DNA of 26,143 bases, taken from a virus. Lineage: Duplodnaviria > Heunggongvirae > Uroviricota > Caudoviricetes > Demerecviridae. The notes under the pieces are model-generated. The model had not been told where the DNA came from. It worked only from the letters and a program-made list of their open reading frames with translations, and searched no databases. How positions within the stretch are numbered: the first letter of the stretch is position 1; each line of letters starts with the position of its first letter. Of the stretch, positions 24,709 to 26,143 are shown piece after piece. The translations under genes were made by a program, and so were the position numbers. The DNA is taken from the IMG/VR virus record IMGVR_UViG_3300044984_002785. One strand, given 5' to 3'.

Positions 24709-24783
24709 ACTGCGTTCGACTTCAGGTGAGGTCATCACCCTTTCAAGGTGACTAGATGGGATCGATACCCATACGCAGTACCA
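24709..24783 (+). tRNA. tRNA-Glu (anticodon UUC)
   Basis: Acceptor ACTGCGT/ACGCAGT plus A-CCA, D-arm GAC/GTC, anticodon arm TCACC-CTTTCAA-GGTGA, T-arm ATGGG-ATCGATA-CCCAT. Confidence 0.92.
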
Positions 24784-24793
24784 AAGGAATAAT

Positions 24794-24904
24794 ATGATAC
24801 CAATAGTATTTGCTGTAGTTATTTTATCCTGGCTATTTAGCCCAGGAACAGCACTAGGTATATTTATACTCATAGCTGGCATACTAGTGCTAGCTAGTTT
24901 ATAG
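24794..24904 (+). CDS. 36-aa uncharged membrane peptide
   Basis: MIPIVFAVVILSWLFSPGTALGIFILIAGILVLASL, with an AAAGGA RBS directly after the tRNA CCA. Confidence 0.65.
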   Translation: MIPIVFAVVILSWLFSPGTALGIFILIAGILVLASL

Positions 24905-25464
24905 CCCGGGTAACCTTCTGAAGATGGTCTGACCCTAAATTGTAGAACGCGTTACAGCTTCTTTAAATGCGAGTTATCTGTCGCAGCAATTTTAAATGTG
25001 ACCGAAACCCTCAGCACACGGCAGCTGTTCGCGATGTATTCACAGTACGTCCACAGCCGCAGTTGAGGGTCAAGGCTGGGATGGTGTTAGCACACCAGAA
25101 CGATTGAGATCACACCTTGGTGAAAGAACACCAAAAAATACAGCTATGATCTAAACAAGACCCGGATAGCTCCGGAAATGTAGTTGCGGGAAGTTGCACT
25201 CCCGGCATCGGACGCATAGTCTGTTGTGTAGAGCAAGCCACAATACTACTAGCGGCATGGAGAGTACAATTGTAGTAACTATCCCAAACAAAAAACTACT
25301 AAAGAGGAAGGCAGTATGTAAGCTTCGGCTGTGTACGTCCTCTAATAAAATTGTTAAGCTAACAGAGTAAGGGCCGATCGCGAAGCCAGGGAGTGAGAAC
25401 CTTGCCGGGACTGTGACGACCTTATTTGAAGCCAGGTATGCCTCACATACGTTAACAATCAACT
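24905..25464 (+). ncRNA. Candidate large, ornate structured ncRNA (~560-590 nt; GOLLD/ROOL size class, family not assigned)
   Basis: Higher GC, no credible plus-strand ORF, more than 12 helices visible by eye, adjacent to a tRNA and ending at an intrinsic terminator. Confidence 0.6.
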
Positions 25465-25500
25465 AGCCCACCAGGAGTCATGCCCTGTGTGGGCTTTTTG
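25465..25500 (+). terminator. Intrinsic terminator closing the RNA island
   Basis: AGCCCAC-CAGG...CCTG-T-GTGGGCT followed by TTTTG. Confidence 0.8.
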
Positions 25501-25523
25501 TTGTGTAAAACTGTGACCTATCT

Positions 25524-25560
25524 GCGCCAAATTATACCAGTGCAAAAACTCCACTGTCAA
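25524..25560 (-). repeat. Leftward promoter-like repeat, copy 8
   Basis: GCGCC 25524, ATTATA 25531-36, TGTCAA 25555-60 (18-bp spacer). Confidence 0.8.
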
Positions 25561-25631
25561 GTGAGTTTTCTTAAACCCTTGACCCTAAGCCGCATCAATT
25601 GCAGACAATTTGTGCACCCCAGCACCCACGC

Positions 25632-25666
25632 AAAAAAGCCCACTTAACACAAATTAAGTGGGCTTT
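25632..25666 (-). terminator. Intrinsic terminator for the minus-strand genes at right
   Basis: AAAGCCCACTTAA/TTAAGTGGGCTTT stem with an A-run on the left. Confidence 0.8.
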
Positions 25667-25683
25667 GGCGCATTTAAGTCAAA

Positions 25684-26001
25684 TTATTCGGGTTTAGGGT
25701 CAGATTCGGTGAGTTTAAGTTCAATTAACTTAAGCACCCCCTTATTGACCTTTTCCAGCGATTCTAGGGTCTCGACGTCAACTTCTAGTAATTCCGCAAT
25801 CTTGTCAATGTGCTGGGATTTTTTCACTGGCAGCTCACCTCGCTTGTTTGTATATGTTTTTTTCTCATAAACTCCAAGTGAGCTCAATTTTGCAATAACT
25901 GATCTTTCAGGTACATCAATTGAGTAAGCAATATCTCTAACTGGCACCTTGTCTTTGTACTCAGCTATGATACGGTCAGTGATTTCTTTAGTGTATTTCA
26001 T
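25684..26001 (-). CDS. A2-like small DNA-binding protein, divergent paralog 4
   Basis: MKYTKEIT...IAYSIDVPERSVIAKLSSLGVYEKK...PVKK...ESLEKVNK follows the same pattern as paralogs 1-3. Confidence 0.72.
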   Translation of the reverse strand: MKYTKEITDRIIAEYKDKVPVRDIAYSIDVPERSVIAKLSSLGVYEKKTYTNKRGELPVKKSQHIDKIAELLEVDVETLESLEKVNKGVLKLIELKLTESDPKPE

Positions 26002-26002
26002 G

Positions 26003-26143
26003 TTACATCCAGGGAACGGGTTTTGTTTTATCTAATAGTGTCATTTTCTTTAATGTAGTATCTTCTAGCAAAGGACTCTTAAATACATTCTCTGCTATAA
26101 GCGGAGCCGGAAGGCTGTCCCAGTTGCCTGGGTCTAAGATCAT
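26003..26143 (-). CDS. C-terminal part of a conserved T5-like hypothetical protein (probably 5'-truncated)
   Basis: Manual translation gives MILDPGNWDSLPAPLIAENVFKSPLLEDTTLKKMTLLDKTKPVPWM*, with the stop 1 nt before the next start. Confidence 0.55.
   Translation of the reverse strand: MILDPGNWDSLPAPLIAENVFKSPLLEDTTLKKMTLLDKTKPVPWM

Noticed and set aside
24390-24783. tmRNA or RNase P RNA
   Set aside because: No tag reading frame ending in an Ala-rich peptide, no alanyl acceptor identity (G3-U70) and no RNase P conserved regions. The only tRNA-like part is a complete tRNA-Glu.
25151-25462. 103-aa minus-strand ORF within the large RNA candidate
   Set aside because: No RBS or recognisable motifs, and the region is better explained by plus-strand structure ending in a plus-strand terminator. 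It is not fully excluded, because backward promoter copy 8 lies upstream of it.

Overview
This window is a fragment of a lytic T5-like (Demerecviridae-type) siphophage genome. Positions 1-17,884 are a minus-strand virion morphogenesis operon in T5-like order: terS, terL, HNH endonuclease, portal, an in-frame prohead protease/major capsid fusion, head completion, tail completion, tail terminator, tail tube, a tail chaperone pair joined by a GGGAAAC -1 frameshift, a 2,402-aa tape measure protein and a truncated tail gene. Positions ~18,050-23,560 look like a T5-type pre-early (first-step-transfer) region on the plus strand: a Dmp-like HAD nucleotidase, A2-like DNA-binding paralogs, a SprT-like protease, a DEDDh exonuclease, small membrane proteins and several apparently leaderless micro-ORFs. 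The non-coding DNA here is unusually organised. It holds a family of eight leftward-facing TTGACA-N18-TATAAT-(T)n-GGCGC elements (seven in this region, one at ~25,540), most firing straight into hairpins. It also holds perfect or near-perfect sites for host nucleoid and regulatory proteins (one consensus parS, three Fur-box-type palindromes, four phased DnaA boxes) and a repeat block resembling the T5 injection-stop signal. To the right are a 44-aa acidic peptide ending in an SSB-tail-like DDVPF and a ~1.3-kb RNA-gene island (two closed-stem sRNA candidates, tRNA-Glu, a 36-aa membrane peptide and a ~590-nt highly structured ncRNA candidate). All family assignments come from motif recognition by eye. 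No database searches were run.
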